DNA of 64,000 bases from a candidate division WOR-3 bacterium (GCA_037444665.1 JBBILZ010000004.1:17077-81076), one strand, 5' to 3'; numbered from the stretch's first letter, positions 1 through 11,431 are shown. Notes: generated from the sequence alone by a model not told the origin. Made by a program: numbers and translations.

Positions 1-1698
1 CAAATCCTTGGCACCTTTGATAATCTTTATAGTGTGGACCAGGTCGTCCACATTCCAAGTTCACCAAATGTATTCTGGCTTTTGGGTCACACAATACCTA
101 ATGATACCCTCACATATATATATTATTCACCTGCCAGTGCATTTGTTGATACAATTTCTGCCGGTGAAGTTCTTGATTTCCAGCCCAATCCTTATAATCC
201 TAACCACACACTTATTGCTACGTATAATGGAATGTATCAGGCATTATCTCCCACTGGGCCATGGGCAATGTTAAATGAACCGCTGGTATTTGGACTGTTC
301 CAGCCTGTAGATATTGAATTTACAGGCAATGATTCAATTGTGGTCACAAGTTTTCTCAATCCAGGAATTTTCAAAGGACAGAGACAATATAATGTGTGGT
401 TGTTCTCTTATGTAGAATCGCGTGAGATTGCCACTTATATGAGCTTTGGTGGAACCACCACACTTTATGCCGGATGCCTGGGTAAGGGAGTATATAAATC
501 TACAAACGATGGTGCATCCTGGACGCTCCAGCGAAATAACCTTTATGCCCATACACTTATCAGTCCAGGTAGCGTGAGTTATCCTTCTGTTGATACTATC
601 TTTTATTGTATTGGACTTGGCGGAATTATCTATCGTATCAGAAATCTTGGTTCTTCCTATGATACACTGAAGAATTTTTTGATAATGGGTTCTGCTATTG
701 AATCTGCTCCAACCAATCCCAATTTTCTTATTGCCTCCTGCACTGATTTACAGATTTCTGGAACGACGTTCAGTATGGGCACAATATTCACATCCACTGA
801 TGGCGGAGCAAACTGGACAAAGGTTGATTCTAACTATTTACCCACCGACTTTCTAATCACCAGCAACCCCAACATCATTATTGGGCTCTGCGATACATTT
901 CTTATCCGTTCCACGACCGGTGGCACCAATTTCACACCGGTCTTTGCAAAACCTGTAACGCTCTCTAACCTTGCTGGTCTTGATACAATTTTTATTGCGA
1001 CAGAAGATTCAGTCTTTGTCAGTTATAATCAAGGTGCAACCTGGCAGTTTCTTACCATTGATCCGGGTGGAGATTATACAGATGAAATTTCTTACGATAA
1101 TACCCGCAAGATTCTATATCTGACAGATGTCCCAATTTACCGATACAATCTGTTGAGCGGTGTTTTAGATAGTATAATGTTCAATGGGTATACCAATTTT
1201 GTAACTGATGTAGCACCAAATGGCTATCTATATTTCCTTTATCATGGTGGTGATACTGCTTACATTGCCCGTTCCTTTGATGCCGGGAATACGATTGAAC
1301 AAGAACCATTTCCCATCCCCCATCAATTTGGTGGTTTACTTGCTTGCGATGGAGCACTATTCTATTATGAAGGAGCAAGAAGATTCTGGGTAAGTACAGA
1401 TATTACCCACCATATTGATGAACTACAAAAGAATAAACCTGATGCGCTTTTTCCCATCTCAACAATCATCAAAAAAGGAGCAAATATCAAAATAAAAACA
1501 GAGTCCACACAATGGCGAAACTATTCAATCAAATTCTATGACATTTCAGGACGGCTTGCAAAAGATGTTAATCCAGAAGAAATATTATGGGGGACTGACT
1601 ACCTTGAATTCAGCACAGATGGTCTTAGAACAGGTGTCTACTTTTTGATGTTTAACAATCAACAAACGGCAGGCATAAAAAAATTGATTATATATTAA
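1..1698 (+). CDS. Secreted beta-propeller (BNR/Asp-box) protein with T9SS-like C-terminal sorting domain; 5' truncated by window edge
   Basis: Repeated SxDGGxTW motifs (STNDGASW, STDGGANW, SYNQGATW); C-terminus FYDISGRL...GLRTGVYFL...KKLII; frame open from base 1. Confidence 0.75.
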   Translation, partial: QILGTFDNLYSVDQVVHIPSSPNVFWLLGHTIPNDTLTYIYYSPASAFVDTISAGEVLDFQPNPYNPNHTLIATYNGMYQALSPTGPWAMLNEPLVFGLFQPVDIEFTGNDSIVVTSFLNPGIFKGQRQYNVWLFSYVESREIATYMSFGGTTTLYAGCLGKGVYKSTNDGASWTLQRNNLYAHTLISPGSVSYPSVDTIFYCIGLGGIIYRIRNLGSSYDTLKNFLIMGSAIESAPTNPNFLIASCTDLQISGTTFSMGTIFTSTDGGANWTKVDSNYLPTDFLITSNPNIIIGLCDTFLIRSTTGGTNFTPVFAKPVTLSNLAGLDTIFIATEDSVFVSYNQGATWQFLTIDPGGDYTDEISYDNTRKILYLTDVPIYRYNLLSGVLDSIMFNGYTNFVTDVAPNGYLYFLYHGGDTAYIARSFDAGNTIEQEPFPIPHQFGGLLACDGALFYYEGARRFWVSTDITHHIDELQKNKPDALFPISTIIKKGANIKIKTESTQWRNYSIKFYDISGRLAKDVNPEEILWGTDYLEFSTDGLRTGVYFLMFNNQQTAGIKKLIIY

Positions 1699-1750
1699 AA
1701 CAGCCTTGTAGTATATAAGCACAAACGGAATATTAAAGCAACTGCTGTTA

Positions 1751-1778
1751 TTGACTTTACCAATAGAATAAATATAAT
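1751..1778 (+). promoter_or_regulatory. Sigma70-type promoter, probably leaderless
   Basis: TTGACT-16-TATAAT, 5 nt before the ATG at 1784, no SD. Confidence 0.65.
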
Positions 1779-1783
1779 TCTTT

Positions 1784-2701
1784 ATGAAAATTCTTGTTAC
1801 TGGTGGTGCAGGATTTATCGGTTCCCATATTGTAGATGCATATATTAAACAGGGGCATAGTGTTGTAATCATTGATGACCTTTCAACCGGAGATATCAAA
1901 AATGTAAATCCAGATGCAACCTTTATTAAAGATGATATAAAAAATCCAGAACTGGAGCAGGTGTTTCGCAAATTTGAGTTTGATGTGGTAAATCATCATG
2001 CTGCACAGATCAATGTGCGCCGTTCTCTTGATGACCCACTTTTTGACGCAGAAGTCAACATAATTGGCTCATTGAATCTCCTTAATCTTTCAGCAAAGTA
2101 CAGGGTAAAAAAATTTATCTTTTCCTCAAGCGGAGGTGCAATCTATGGTGAGCCTGATAATTACCCTATTACGGAAGATTTTCCAATTGAACCACTTTCT
2201 CCATATGGCGTTGCTAAATTTACTGTTGAGAATTATATTAAAGTTTTTGCGAAATTATACAACTTTGATTATGTTATTCTCCGCTACAGCAATGTTTATG
2301 GCCCAAGGCAGATTTCTAAAAGTGAAGCAGGCGTGATATCCATCTTTATCAATCAGATACTTGAAAATAAAGAGTGTTTTGTTAACGGTGATGGCGAACA
2401 AACAAGGGATTATGTATATGTGGGTGATGTAGTTAGAGCAAATTTGCTTGCTTTAGATGCCCAATCAGATTTTTTCAATATTGGTACCGGCATTGAAACG
2501 AGTGTTAATAAACTCCTTGATGTGTTGTCCAAAATACTAAATAGAGAAATACCCCACCAACACCGTGCACCTATTCCAGGGGAAGTTTTAAAAAATGTCC
2601 TGAGCTTCTCCAAGGCAAAAAATATTCTCGGCTGGGCACCAGAAGTTCCTTTAATAAAAGGCATTGAACTGACTTATCAATTTTTTAATAATGAAAAATA
2701 A
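1784..2701 (+). CDS. NAD-dependent epimerase/dehydratase (UDP-glucose 4-epimerase-like)
   Basis: TGGAGFIG Rossmann motif, YGVAK (YxxxK), RYSNVYGP. Confidence 0.9.
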   Translation: MKILVTGGAGFIGSHIVDAYIKQGHSVVIIDDLSTGDIKNVNPDATFIKDDIKNPELEQVFRKFEFDVVNHHAAQINVRRSLDDPLFDAEVNIIGSLNLLNLSAKYRVKKFIFSSSGGAIYGEPDNYPITEDFPIEPLSPYGVAKFTVENYIKVFAKLYNFDYVILRYSNVYGPRQISKSEAGVISIFINQILENKECFVNGDGEQTRDYVYVGDVVRANLLALDAQSDFFNIGTGIETSVNKLLDVLSKILNREIPHQHRAPIPGEVLKNVLSFSKAKNILGWAPEVPLIKGIELTYQFFNNEK

Positions 2702-3581
2702 GGCAAGGTATCTTGACCATAAGGTCATTGCCCGTTTAGCCAGGCTTGACCTCAAGGCAAGACTTGTTGTTGAAGGATTTTTAACCGGACTACACCATAG
2801 CCCTTATAAAGGTTTCTCTCAGGAATTTACTGATTACCGTCCCTATATTCCGGGTGATGAATTAAAGTGCATTGACTGGAAAGTTTACGCACGACGCGAT
2901 CGCTTTTATATAAAAGAATATCAGGAAGAAACCAATCTGCGCGCCTATATCCTTCTTGACAAAAGTGGCTCAATGGGCTATGGGAAAAACATTACTAAAC
3001 TTGAATACGCAAAATTTTTGAGTGCCTGCCTTGCCTATTTATTGTTCAAACAAAGGGATGGTGTGGGAATAATGACATTTGACACAAAAATAAATGATTT
3101 CATACCACCGTCAGCAAAAAAAATTAATTTCACAAGGATTATTGAAGCAATTGACCATATAACCCCCGGCAGGGAAACATCACTTGCTCAGGTTTTGTTT
3201 GAACTCGGACAAAAGATAAAACGTAGGGCACTTGTAATACTTATTTCTGATTTATTTGATGAACCGGCTCTGGTTTTGAAATCGCTCAAATCTTTCCATG
3301 CCCGTAAACATGAAATCGTCGTGTTCCAGATAATTGATGCGCAAGAATTATCATTTCCATTTATTGAAACAGCACTCTTCCAGGATATGGAAACAAATGA
3401 GCATATTGTGCTTGACCCCATTGCAATCCGCAATGCCTATCAGAAAAAATTTAAAGATTTTTTAAATAATTACCGACGCAACCTGAATGAAGCCCGGATT
3501 GATTATGAATTAATAAACACCGAACAAACATTTGAAAGGGCATTGTTTACATATTTAGAGAAAAGAGCAAAGTTGTTATGA
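2691..3581 (+). CDS. DUF58 family protein
   Basis: GLHHSPYKGFSQEFTDYRPY..GD..IDWKV, DKSGSM. Confidence 0.9.
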   Translation: MKNKARYLDHKVIARLARLDLKARLVVEGFLTGLHHSPYKGFSQEFTDYRPYIPGDELKCIDWKVYARRDRFYIKEYQEETNLRAYILLDKSGSMGYGKNITKLEYAKFLSACLAYLLFKQRDGVGIMTFDTKINDFIPPSAKKINFTRIIEAIDHITPGRETSLAQVLFELGQKIKRRALVILISDLFDEPALVLKSLKSFHARKHEIVVFQIIDAQELSFPFIETALFQDMETNEHIVLDPIAIRNAYQKKFKDFLNNYRRNLNEARIDYELINTEQTFERALFTYLEKRAKLL

Positions 3582-5392
3582 AATTTTTAAATCCAGACTA
3601 TCTTCTGGGGCTCCTTCTTATTGCAGTTCCCATTATTATCCACCTCTATTATAAAAAAAGATTGAAAAAAATTCTCTTCTCCTCACTAATGTTTTTAAAA
3701 AGTGCTGAAGCAACACGTTTGCGATGGTATAAATTAAAAGAAATCCTGATATTGATTATGCGTTGTCTAATCATTGCGGGAATGTTTTTCGCACTTGCCC
3801 GTCCACAATATACAGGAAAACTATTCGCAAAAAATCGCCTTGCTGCGGTAAGTGTAATTATTGATAATTCAATCAGTATGAACTATAATGATAATTTTAC
3901 AAATGCGCTGAAAAAGGCTGAGCAGGTGATTTCTAACTATTCACCCAAAAGTATATTTTATGTTACGCCGTTGTGTGAACAAAAAAATTTTAAACCATTC
4001 TGGAGCAATAAACATAGTGCCCTGGAAAATTTAAAAAAGATAAAATTATCGTATCTATCTTGCCCTTTGAAAGATTTGATAAATAATTTAAAAAATGAAA
4101 ATACAGCATTGCCGAAAGAGTATATCTATATCGGCGATGGACAGAAGATAAATTTTAAGGATATGGAACCAACAAAAGATTTATACTGGTTAAAAATTCC
4201 TATGGGTAGCGAGAATATTGCGATTGAAGATGTCTCTGTGAAAGACCCATTTCAGGTGCCAAAGGATTATTATGAATTGAAAGTAAATATAAAAAATTAT
4301 TCAAAGCGTGTATATCGCGGTAATGTTCAGCTTATCGTAGACAATTACATAAAACAGAATGTGTGTGAAATTTCACCAGGGCAGAATCTTATCACCACAT
4401 TTGCTCTTCCTGTAACTATTAAAAAGGGTGTGATACAACTGGATAAAGATAGCCTGGACATAGACAATCAATATTTTTTTTCAAAATCCCTGATGACAGA
4501 CATTAAAGTTCTCATCGTGGGAAGCGATGCCTATATTAGAACCGGCCTATCACCTTCAAATAGTATCAGTACACCATTCCAGATTGAAAATGCCAGTACC
4601 ATAAAAAAAACAGATTTACGCCCATTTCAAATTATCATTTTGAATGGTATTGAAGAACTCACCGAATTTGAAATAATAAAATTAAACAATTTTCTTTCCC
4701 AGCAAGCAAATGGATTAATTATTTTTTTAGGACCAAAGATTGGCGCGAATTTTAAAAATTTCCTTGCTGTGTTCGGAACAATTGAGGGACAGATTGATGT
4801 TGAAGGTTATTTAAATATCAAATGGATTGATACTGAATATGAACCCTTTCGTATTTTTGCTGATAATCCCGGTATCAATCTTATCAAGTTCTTTAAGTCA
4901 TACAGGATTATCCCCAGGGCACAGGTGCTGGCAAAATTGAGTAATGGTATACCCCTGATTCTTTATCACAATAATATAATGCTTATTACCTCACAGTTCA
5001 ATGAAGCCAGTACTGATATTATTTATAATCCAAATTTTATACCATTATTACACTCACTCATTTATGGGCTAACCAATAAATACACAGATAATGAATTCCG
5101 GACTGGAGATAAATTTCCGCGACAGGTAAAAATCAAATCTCCAGATGGCGAAGTTTTAAGTGAAAATATTTTTTTTAAACCTGGATTTTATGCGGTCGAG
5201 AAGGAGACTGTAGGTGTGAACATAGACCATCTGGAGAGCAATCCCCAAATACTCAGTCCAGAAATGGCAAATGAATTGGGAATTAAAATCATCACCCCTG
5301 AATCACTGCAGGGTTTTTCAGATTTAACCAACATATTTTTATTAATTGCCTTCTGTGCCCTGATATGTGAATTAATTCTTATGTTATTATAA
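3578..5392 (+). CDS. BatA/vWA-domain membrane protein
   Basis: N-terminal FLNP..L..PIIIHL...FSSLMFL; DNSISM MIDAS-like motif; C-terminal TM helix. Confidence 0.8.
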   Translation: MKFLNPDYLLGLLLIAVPIIIHLYYKKRLKKILFSSLMFLKSAEATRLRWYKLKEILILIMRCLIIAGMFFALARPQYTGKLFAKNRLAAVSVIIDNSISMNYNDNFTNALKKAEQVISNYSPKSIFYVTPLCEQKNFKPFWSNKHSALENLKKIKLSYLSCPLKDLINNLKNENTALPKEYIYIGDGQKINFKDMEPTKDLYWLKIPMGSENIAIEDVSVKDPFQVPKDYYELKVNIKNYSKRVYRGNVQLIVDNYIKQNVCEISPGQNLITTFALPVTIKKGVIQLDKDSLDIDNQYFFSKSLMTDIKVLIVGSDAYIRTGLSPSNSISTPFQIENASTIKKTDLRPFQIIILNGIEELTEFEIIKLNNFLSQQANGLIIFLGPKIGANFKNFLAVFGTIEGQIDVEGYLNIKWIDTEYEPFRIFADNPGINLIKFFKSYRIIPRAQVLAKLSNGIPLILYHNNIMLITSQFNEASTDIIYNPNFIPLLHSLIYGLTNKYTDNEFRTGDKFPRQVKIKSPDGEVLSENIFFKPGFYAVEKETVGVNIDHLESNPQILSPEMANELGIKIITPESLQGFSDLTNIFLLIAFCALICELILMLL

Positions 5393-5393
5393 A

Positions 5394-6308
5394 TCAATAA
5401 ACCAGCACCTTTGATCGCTGTGGCTGGTAATATACCACCATAAAAAAATCGGGTAAAGTGATCTCCGGCGTAAGGTAATATTCACCTGAAACGAGGTCTG
5501 TGGTCTTAACACGAACTATGATCATGGCTTTTGTAATACTACTAATACGATTCTTTGCACCACTGACAATTATTGTATCAATATAAGGGTCAAATACTTT
5601 TACAAATTGCCCTGAATTCTTTACAACATTCACGGGAATCCCGGTAAATAAACGCTGCCCCGTTGTATCAATTATCACCTTAACTAAAATATTATCTTTA
5701 GAAAATTTTACGAACTCGGAAACTGATTCAATTTTCAATTTCTTTTCAAAAGTAGCAGATTGATTTTTGACATCCAGTGATTCAGTATTGACCAAATTCA
5801 GACCTTGTAAAATTTTTTTCGGTCCGGTCGCAGATAAGGTATCAAGAACTTCAATTGTAGAAATTGAATAGCCATTTTTCAAACTCCCCCTGATTGGAAT
5901 CAATGGTTTGATTATCTTACTCATCTTTTCATCAACTTCTATATTTATATATTTAACTTCATAATCTACTAAGATATCCTTCACCGGAATCTCAAAGTTT
6001 TTTGTAGAAATAACATTCTTACCAGGCACGACATCGGCAAGGTCACACATAGCCTTGGGCGGAGATAGCCAGAGCCCCAAAAGCGCCTTTCCTTTACCAT
6101 TGAATTTTACTTTAATCCTATCAATCAAATTTGTAGCAATATAGGCATCCGGCAGATTAGTAAAAATCACCTTGATTTCTTTTTCGTAGCTATATGTTCC
6201 TTCAATTACAACAAAGAGCCAGAGCCCAAACGCAAATATTACCGCCAGAATCTTGCGTGCAGGTTCAACAGTGAAAAAATTTAAGATGGCTCTTAGAATT
6301 TTGAGCAT
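5394..6308 (-). CDS. YbbR/CdaR family protein
   Basis: N-terminal TM KILAVIFAFGLWLFV followed by beta-rich repeats. Confidence 0.7.
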   Translation of the reverse strand: MLKILRAILNFFTVEPARKILAVIFAFGLWLFVVIEGTYSYEKEIKVIFTNLPDAYIATNLIDRIKVKFNGKGKALLGLWLSPPKAMCDLADVVPGKNVISTKNFEIPVKDILVDYEVKYINIEVDEKMSKIIKPLIPIRGSLKNGYSISTIEVLDTLSATGPKKILQGLNLVNTESLDVKNQSATFEKKLKIESVSEFVKFSKDNILVKVIIDTTGQRLFTGIPVNVVKNSGQFVKVFDPYIDTIIVSGAKNRISSITKAMIIVRVKTTDLVSGEYYLTPEITLPDFFMVVYYQPQRSKVLVY

Positions 6309-7198
6309 AAAAATACCATTATGCCCTTTTGAATGTGCAAGCGGTTTTCTGCCTGGTCAAAAACGATCGAATGGGCACCATCAATAACTTCATCCGTAAT
6401 CTCTTCTCCCCTGTGTGCGGGCAGACAATGCATAATTAAATAATCTTTTTTTTGAACATTGGTCAGGAGTTTACTATTTAACTGGAATGATTGAAAAATC
6501 TTTTTTCTCTGCTCTGCTTCAGACTCCTGTCCCATTGATGCCCAGACATCAGTATAGATAACATCAGCATCCTTTACCGCTTCAATTGGATTATTTGTCC
6601 ATTTTACACTATTTGCTCTTTTCAAATAATCTTTGTTCGGCTCATAACCATCGGGCGTGGCAACATTCATTTTAAAACCGAGCATGGATGAAGCTGCAAC
6701 AAATGAATTACATACATTATTGCCATCACCAACATAGGCAAGAACAACTTTATTCAAGTCGCCTTTCTTCTCAATAATAGTAAACAGGTCACAGAGTATC
6801 TGACAGGGATGCTCCAGGTCGCATAGTCCATTAATTACAGGAATACTTGCATTTTCAGCGAGTTCTTTAATATGCTTGTGGCTGAATACCCTTGCCATAA
6901 TTATATCAACCCAGCGTGAAAGGTTCTTTGCTACATCAGAGACACTTTCCCTTTTTCCTAATTGAATATCGGCGGGTGCAAGATAGATCGCATGACCACC
7001 CAATTGGGTCATCCCAGTTTCAAATGTTACCCTGGTTCTTAAGGAAGGTTTTTCAAATATCATTGCCAGGGTCTTGTCTTTCAAAATTTTGTGTTCAATA
7101 CCTTTTTTCTGTTTGTCCTTAAGGTTGCGGGTAATATCAAAAATTTTATATACCTCTTCCCGATTTAAATCAAAGATAGATGTAAGGTCTCTTTTCAT
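6293..7198 (-). CDS. argF: Ornithine carbamoyltransferase
   Basis: PSLRTR, HPCQ, TDVWASMG, HCLP; start chosen after GAGGAG SD. Confidence 0.95.
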   Translation of the reverse strand: MKRDLTSIFDLNREEVYKIFDITRNLKDKQKKGIEHKILKDKTLAMIFEKPSLRTRVTFETGMTQLGGHAIYLAPADIQLGKRESVSDVAKNLSRWVDIIMARVFSHKHIKELAENASIPVINGLCDLEHPCQILCDLFTIIEKKGDLNKVVLAYVGDGNNVCNSFVAASSMLGFKMNVATPDGYEPNKDYLKRANSVKWTNNPIEAVKDADVIYTDVWASMGQESEAEQRKKIFQSFQLNSKLLTNVQKKDYLIMHCLPAHRGEEITDEVIDGAHSIVFDQAENRLHIQKGIMVFLCSKF

Positions 7199-7343
7199 TT
7201 TTTCACTCCTCTTTTTATTCATTATATAAAATTTTGTTTAAAAATCAATATTGAGAAAAAATTTTTAAAATCTTGAATAAATACCTGAAACACTTTATAT
7301 GCGGTCTAACAAATAAATTTTTGTATTGTTTCTGACTTTTGAT

Positions 7344-7907
7344 TTATTTTGTCCAGGTGATTTCCAATTCACTGAATCCCTTATCTGCTTCAATGGGCGT
7401 TATGTATTTTATCTCAATATTTTTTGCACCTGCCAATTCCAGTGCCTTTTTATAAAAAGAAATAATCCCGAAACTTATTAGCTGGTGTTTTTTTTCAAAA
7501 CCAATATGTTTAACTCTTACCTTTCCCTCTCCCATCAAACTTACTTCTATCTCTATACCTCTGAAATAAGTATTATTAATTGCAGATAGTCGCTTGATAA
7601 GAGAAGATGGAGAATCAGGTTTAATGAATACTTTATAAATACCCTGCAATTGCTGAAAAAGGATTTCTTCACTGAGCGCAATCATTTGCTCTTTATTACC
7701 ACCCGCTGCTAAATTAATCGTTGTTTCTACAAACTTTATAAATGACTCAAGTGGATACCAATCAGTTACAAGGATTGCCTTTTTCTCAAATATTTGTTTT
7801 GTTTCTTTATCCAACAATTTCAGAACCTTCCTAAATAACTCTTCACCATATTTTAGTTTAACCGCCTTTATGGTATCTAAAATAACTGAACCTTTAATTT
7901 CCACCAT
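7344..7907 (-). CDS. Hypothetical protein (possible V4R/H-NOX-like small-ligand fold)
   Basis: 187-aa ORF with upstream TTGACA promoter; KG...WYP...YF pattern; fold call is weak. Confidence 0.45.
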   Translation of the reverse strand: MVEIKGSVILDTIKAVKLKYGEELFRKVLKLLDKETKQIFEKKAILVTDWYPLESFIKFVETTINLAAGGNKEQMIALSEEILFQQLQGIYKVFIKPDSPSSLIKRLSAINNTYFRGIEIEVSLMGEGKVRVKHIGFEKKHQLISFGIISFYKKALELAGAKNIEIKYITPIEADKGFSELEITWTK

Positions 7908-7966
7908 AGAAAGTCCTATTTATAAATTTACTCAATAATTGTAAATTGTCAATAGGCATTTGTATT

Positions 7967-8780
7967 CTAAAGCAAACTCTTTACTTCCTTCTGAAAGTTT
8001 GTTTTATCAAGGACAAAAGTTTTTATTATTCTGCCATTTACGACGCAGTCGCCATAATTGGCATTACGCCTTTTTGCTACTTCGGGTTCCTTAGCTATAT
8101 CAATATAAACAATCGGAATTTTGTTATCAATCTCTCTTATATATTTTTCCATTCTTTTTAAGAAAAATGGATATGCGGCAGAACATTTATTCGGACCACA
8201 GAATATCAGAACCTTGCCTTTGTCTTCATCCTGTGGCTGGTATTCTAAGGACGCTTTTTTTATGAGCGGTTGATATACAAAATTTTTTTTCTATTGGGTA
8301 ATAAAGAAAATCAGGGTCATCGCCTATAGTTTGGAATCCCTTTTTTTTAAAAAACTCACGGGCTGAGAGTTGCCCCTCAGATTCACCTGGAAATGTCCGA
8401 ACCACCAATGCTGATGGTGGCTTATTCCCAAACCATTCTGAAGGTCTTTTCATATCCTCATTCAAACTCACAAGCAATTGCTTGCCAATCCCTTTTTGCC
8501 AATATCTCTTCTCATGTATATAGATACAATCAATCCAGACAATATTCTCTTCAGGCACAGGATGAAACTGTATCATACCTGCTGGTTCATTGTCAACATA
8601 ACCAACTTTAGCAAATGAACCCCATTTTTTTAGCATATCAAGTGCCCACGCCCTCTTCTCTTCCATCCCTTTTATCCAATCTGGGTCTTCTCTCTTCTCT
8701 GGTGGAACGCAGACCAGACATAAATCTGAGATGATTTCTTTATTAACATCCTTGATTAAAATTCTTGGTTCTTCAGCCAT
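7967..8780 (-). pseudogene. GNAT acetyltransferase with C-terminal thioredoxin-like (YoaP-like) part, split by a +1 frameshift
   Basis: WQKGIGKQL motif A; removing one A from the A8 run at 8283-8290 joins the two ORFs (..EKNFVYQPLIKKASLEYQPQDEDKGKVLIFCGPNKC..). Confidence 0.7.
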
Positions 8781-8796
8781 TTTTTTCTCTCTCTTC

Positions 8797-9229
8797 TTAT
8801 GGTATATAAACCTTTCTTCCACCTTCCCAGTTATCCCACCACTCAATTCTATTAGGTTTAATTTTCAATAAACAATATTCCGCTGATTCTGGTGTCTTGA
8901 AATACTGCGATAAATCGTATGGGGCAATTTTCCATACCCTCTTTTTTTGTGCTATATTGTCCACAATCCAGCCTTACCAGTTACTATGGCTGTTTTATCA
9001 CCCGAAGGGTGCTGAACAAATGCCAGACAGATTATTAAATTTTGTTTATCTGTTTTACCTTACGGGAATTAGCAAGGGTTGCTACCCAGATAGATAAATC
9101 ATCTTCAATAATGGGCATGACTGGACGAATCTGCGGCTGGTCATCATCAACAGTTGCCAAAAAGGCAAAAAGACAGGTCTCTTTCATTATAGCAACTATT
9201 TTTTCTTTATCTGATGGCTCATAGTTCAC
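8797..9229 (-). pseudogene. Pyridoxamine 5'-phosphate oxidase-like FMN-binding protein, two frameshifts
   Basis: FLATVDDDQPQIRP...SRKVKQI; continuation ICLAFV..AIVTGKA and YF..PESAEYCLLKIKPNRIEWW in other frames. Confidence 0.7.
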
Positions 9230-9246
9230 CAGGAAACAAATTTATT

Positions 9247-9750
9247 TCATTTTTTCAAATAAAATTTTGTATTTACGCTGGCGGTCTTGTTAGAAAGTTT
9301 ATCAGTAACTGTAATATTAACGGTGTATTCCCCATCTTCTAATTCTGCAATAGTATTAATATTATTGGTGAGATATACCTGATTCATATCACGCTCTTTA
9401 GAAAATGGAATGGGCTCGGTTAAAAAATTGCCATCAAGCAGGACTTCATCCTTTGGACCTTTGACCACTAAGTGTTCAGGGATATGGATCTCATAAGAAG
9501 AGTCTGGATTTTGTTTATATTTGACATTGTTTAAATTCATATAAATCCAGACCACATCACCAGGCTTGTATGTTCCATTGGGCTGTTCTTTATATTTCAT
9601 ATAATCTTCGGGTGATTCAGAACAGAAAACTACATTAGTAATCTTAAATTCACTACCTGAAGGCTTTGCAGGTTCCTGTTTTGAGCAAGCGACCAAAACC
9701 AAACCCAATAGCATAAGCATTAGCTTTACAACCAGATTATTGTTTTTCAT
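9247..9750 (-). CDS. Hypothetical lipoprotein (Ig-like)
   Basis: Lipobox LVAC; beta-rich; GEYTVNITVTD. Confidence 0.65.
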   Translation of the reverse strand: MKNNNLVVKLMLMLLGLVLVACSKQEPAKPSGSEFKITNVVFCSESPEDYMKYKEQPNGTYKPGDVVWIYMNLNNVKYKQNPDSSYEIHIPEHLVVKGPKDEVLLDGNFLTEPIPFSKERDMNQVYLTNNINTIAELEDGEYTVNITVTDKLSNKTASVNTKFYLKK

Positions 9751-9861
9751 ATGACCCCCTTTTCTAATAAATTATATCCAATCCTGAATGTTTTTCAATC
9801 CTTTTAATCTGTTCCTTTATTTTCTTCCTTAGAACTTGGTAGAAATTGCAATGCCTTTAAA

Positions 9862-10407
9862 TTATAATTCTAATCTCATAAGCGGAAATTCTTTATCGTC
9901 TTTATAAATTGTGAAGCCGTTTTTAAGATAAAATTCTGCAGGGCCCGAAGGATTCTCAGGATTATCTTTACGTGCAAATGACTCAACTGCTTTTATTTTT
10001 CTTTTGGCTAAATCATCAATTACAATCTGAAGAAGTCTTTTGCCAAACCCCATACCTCTAAATTCTTTCTGGGGAATGAATAAACAGGATATCAATACTG
10101 CATCATTACTTGGCGATGATGAATAACGAAAAGAATTCGGAAGAAACATAGGTGGTGCGTACTGTGCATAACCAACAGGCTTCCCATCAGCATACAATAT
10201 CTTACCGCAGTTGCCAAATTTGCTAAGAGTATCCTTTAACCAGAGCATTTTCTTTTTGAGCATTTCTTCTTTTCTTTCCTTTTCCGGTTCTATGCACTCT
10301 GCAGAAAGTTCCCAGTAAATGCAATACTTACAACTATATGGATAACTATTCCACTCTGGGGCATCTTTTAAGTTATTTAATGTCAGATTAATAATTTCAA
10401 GTTTCAT
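9862..10407 (-). CDS. GNAT family acetyltransferase
   Basis: CKYCIYW, FRGMGFGKRLL, FYLKNGF. Confidence 0.85.
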   Translation of the reverse strand: MKLEIINLTLNNLKDAPEWNSYPYSCKYCIYWELSAECIEPEKERKEEMLKKKMLWLKDTLSKFGNCGKILYADGKPVGYAQYAPPMFLPNSFRYSSSPSNDAVLISCLFIPQKEFRGMGFGKRLLQIVIDDLAKRKIKAVESFARKDNPENPSGPAEFYLKNGFTIYKDDKEFPLMRLEL

Positions 10408-10465
10408 TTACAATTAAACAATTGCCCAATAATGCCAATTTAAGAACATAAAAATGTTGTGCATT

Positions 10466-11098
10466 TTAATATTTTGTCCTTACTCTTATTACCAGTGCCT
10501 TTTTCTCAATATCCAGTATTACCAGCATAAAATCATTCAAATCCTTTTCAAGCACCAGCTTTATTTCCTTTGGTTTATGCATAATATCGTCACCCGCAGT
10601 CCTGCATTGATATAGACCATTTACATCAGGCAGGTCAAGTTCTTTTAATGATTTTTCATACAATTGTTCTATTGTTGGATTGTATATAGAACCTTCCTCA
10701 GGTGGTTCTTTTCCCATTTCTTTATATGACCTGATAATTCCTTCTTTTGTCATTTTAATACCGCACATCTTCATCAAAAAATCCTCGGGGATAGGCAGTT
10801 CATGCCATTCGCCACTCTTTTTTGCTTCAGAAAAATATTTTTGAAAACCCTGCTCATCAAATTGAAATGCGATATCTATTTTCAATCCTTCGCGTCCAAA
10901 GAATCCGGGCTTTTCTGGATAAGCCCTGTAATACAAAGTCTTTGCTGAAGATGGCACATTGAATTCCCGGCGCAATATTGTTTCGTCAGACTCTTCTATG
11001 CAATTTAAGAGAGCGATAAAGATAATGATTTCAAAAATTCTATGACTGACTCTCACTTTCATCAAATTTCGCAACTTATATTCTCCTATATTTTGCAC
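10466..11098 (-). CDS. Hypothetical protein (possible lipoprotein)
   Basis: 210-aa ORF, hydrophobic stretch ending LLNC. Confidence 0.55.
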   Translation of the reverse strand: MQNIGEYKLRNLMKVRVSHRIFEIIIFIALLNCIEESDETILRREFNVPSSAKTLYYRAYPEKPGFFGREGLKIDIAFQFDEQGFQKYFSEAKKSGEWHELPIPEDFLMKMCGIKMTKEGIIRSYKEMGKEPPEEGSIYNPTIEQLYEKSLKELDLPDVNGLYQCRTAGDDIMHKPKEIKLVLEKDLNDFMLVILDIEKKALVIRVRTKY

Positions 11099-11415
11099 TA
11101 CTTACCAAAATATTCCTTTTGTATTCTCTCCTGGGCAATTCTGCTACTGGGATCGTCTCCGCGTGCAACATTTACCGAAACCTTGCCACCAAGAATCTGG
11201 AAGATCTCTGCCACATCACTATGAGTAAATCCAGGGCAGAGAATAATTGCATCAATATTCTCCTGCTCATAGACTGTTTTAGCAACATCTATTGCCTCTT
11301 TCTGGTCTTTTACGATGACAGTTATTAACCGATACTTTCCAGTATCAATAATACTCCGATGCTTTTCCACATCAGCATCAGGGGCATGTGCCAAAAATAG
11401 TGCCTTAAAAGCCAT
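11098..11415 (-). CDS. DUF6506-like protein
   Basis: ALFLAHAPDAD...IILCPGF; GGAGG SD. Confidence 0.65.
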   Translation of the reverse strand: MAFKALFLAHAPDADVEKHRSIIDTGKYRLITVIVKDQKEAIDVAKTVYEQENIDAIILCPGFTHSDVAEIFQILGGKVSVNVARGDDPSSRIAQERIQKEYFGK

Positions 11416-11431
11416 AATTACCTCCTTTTAT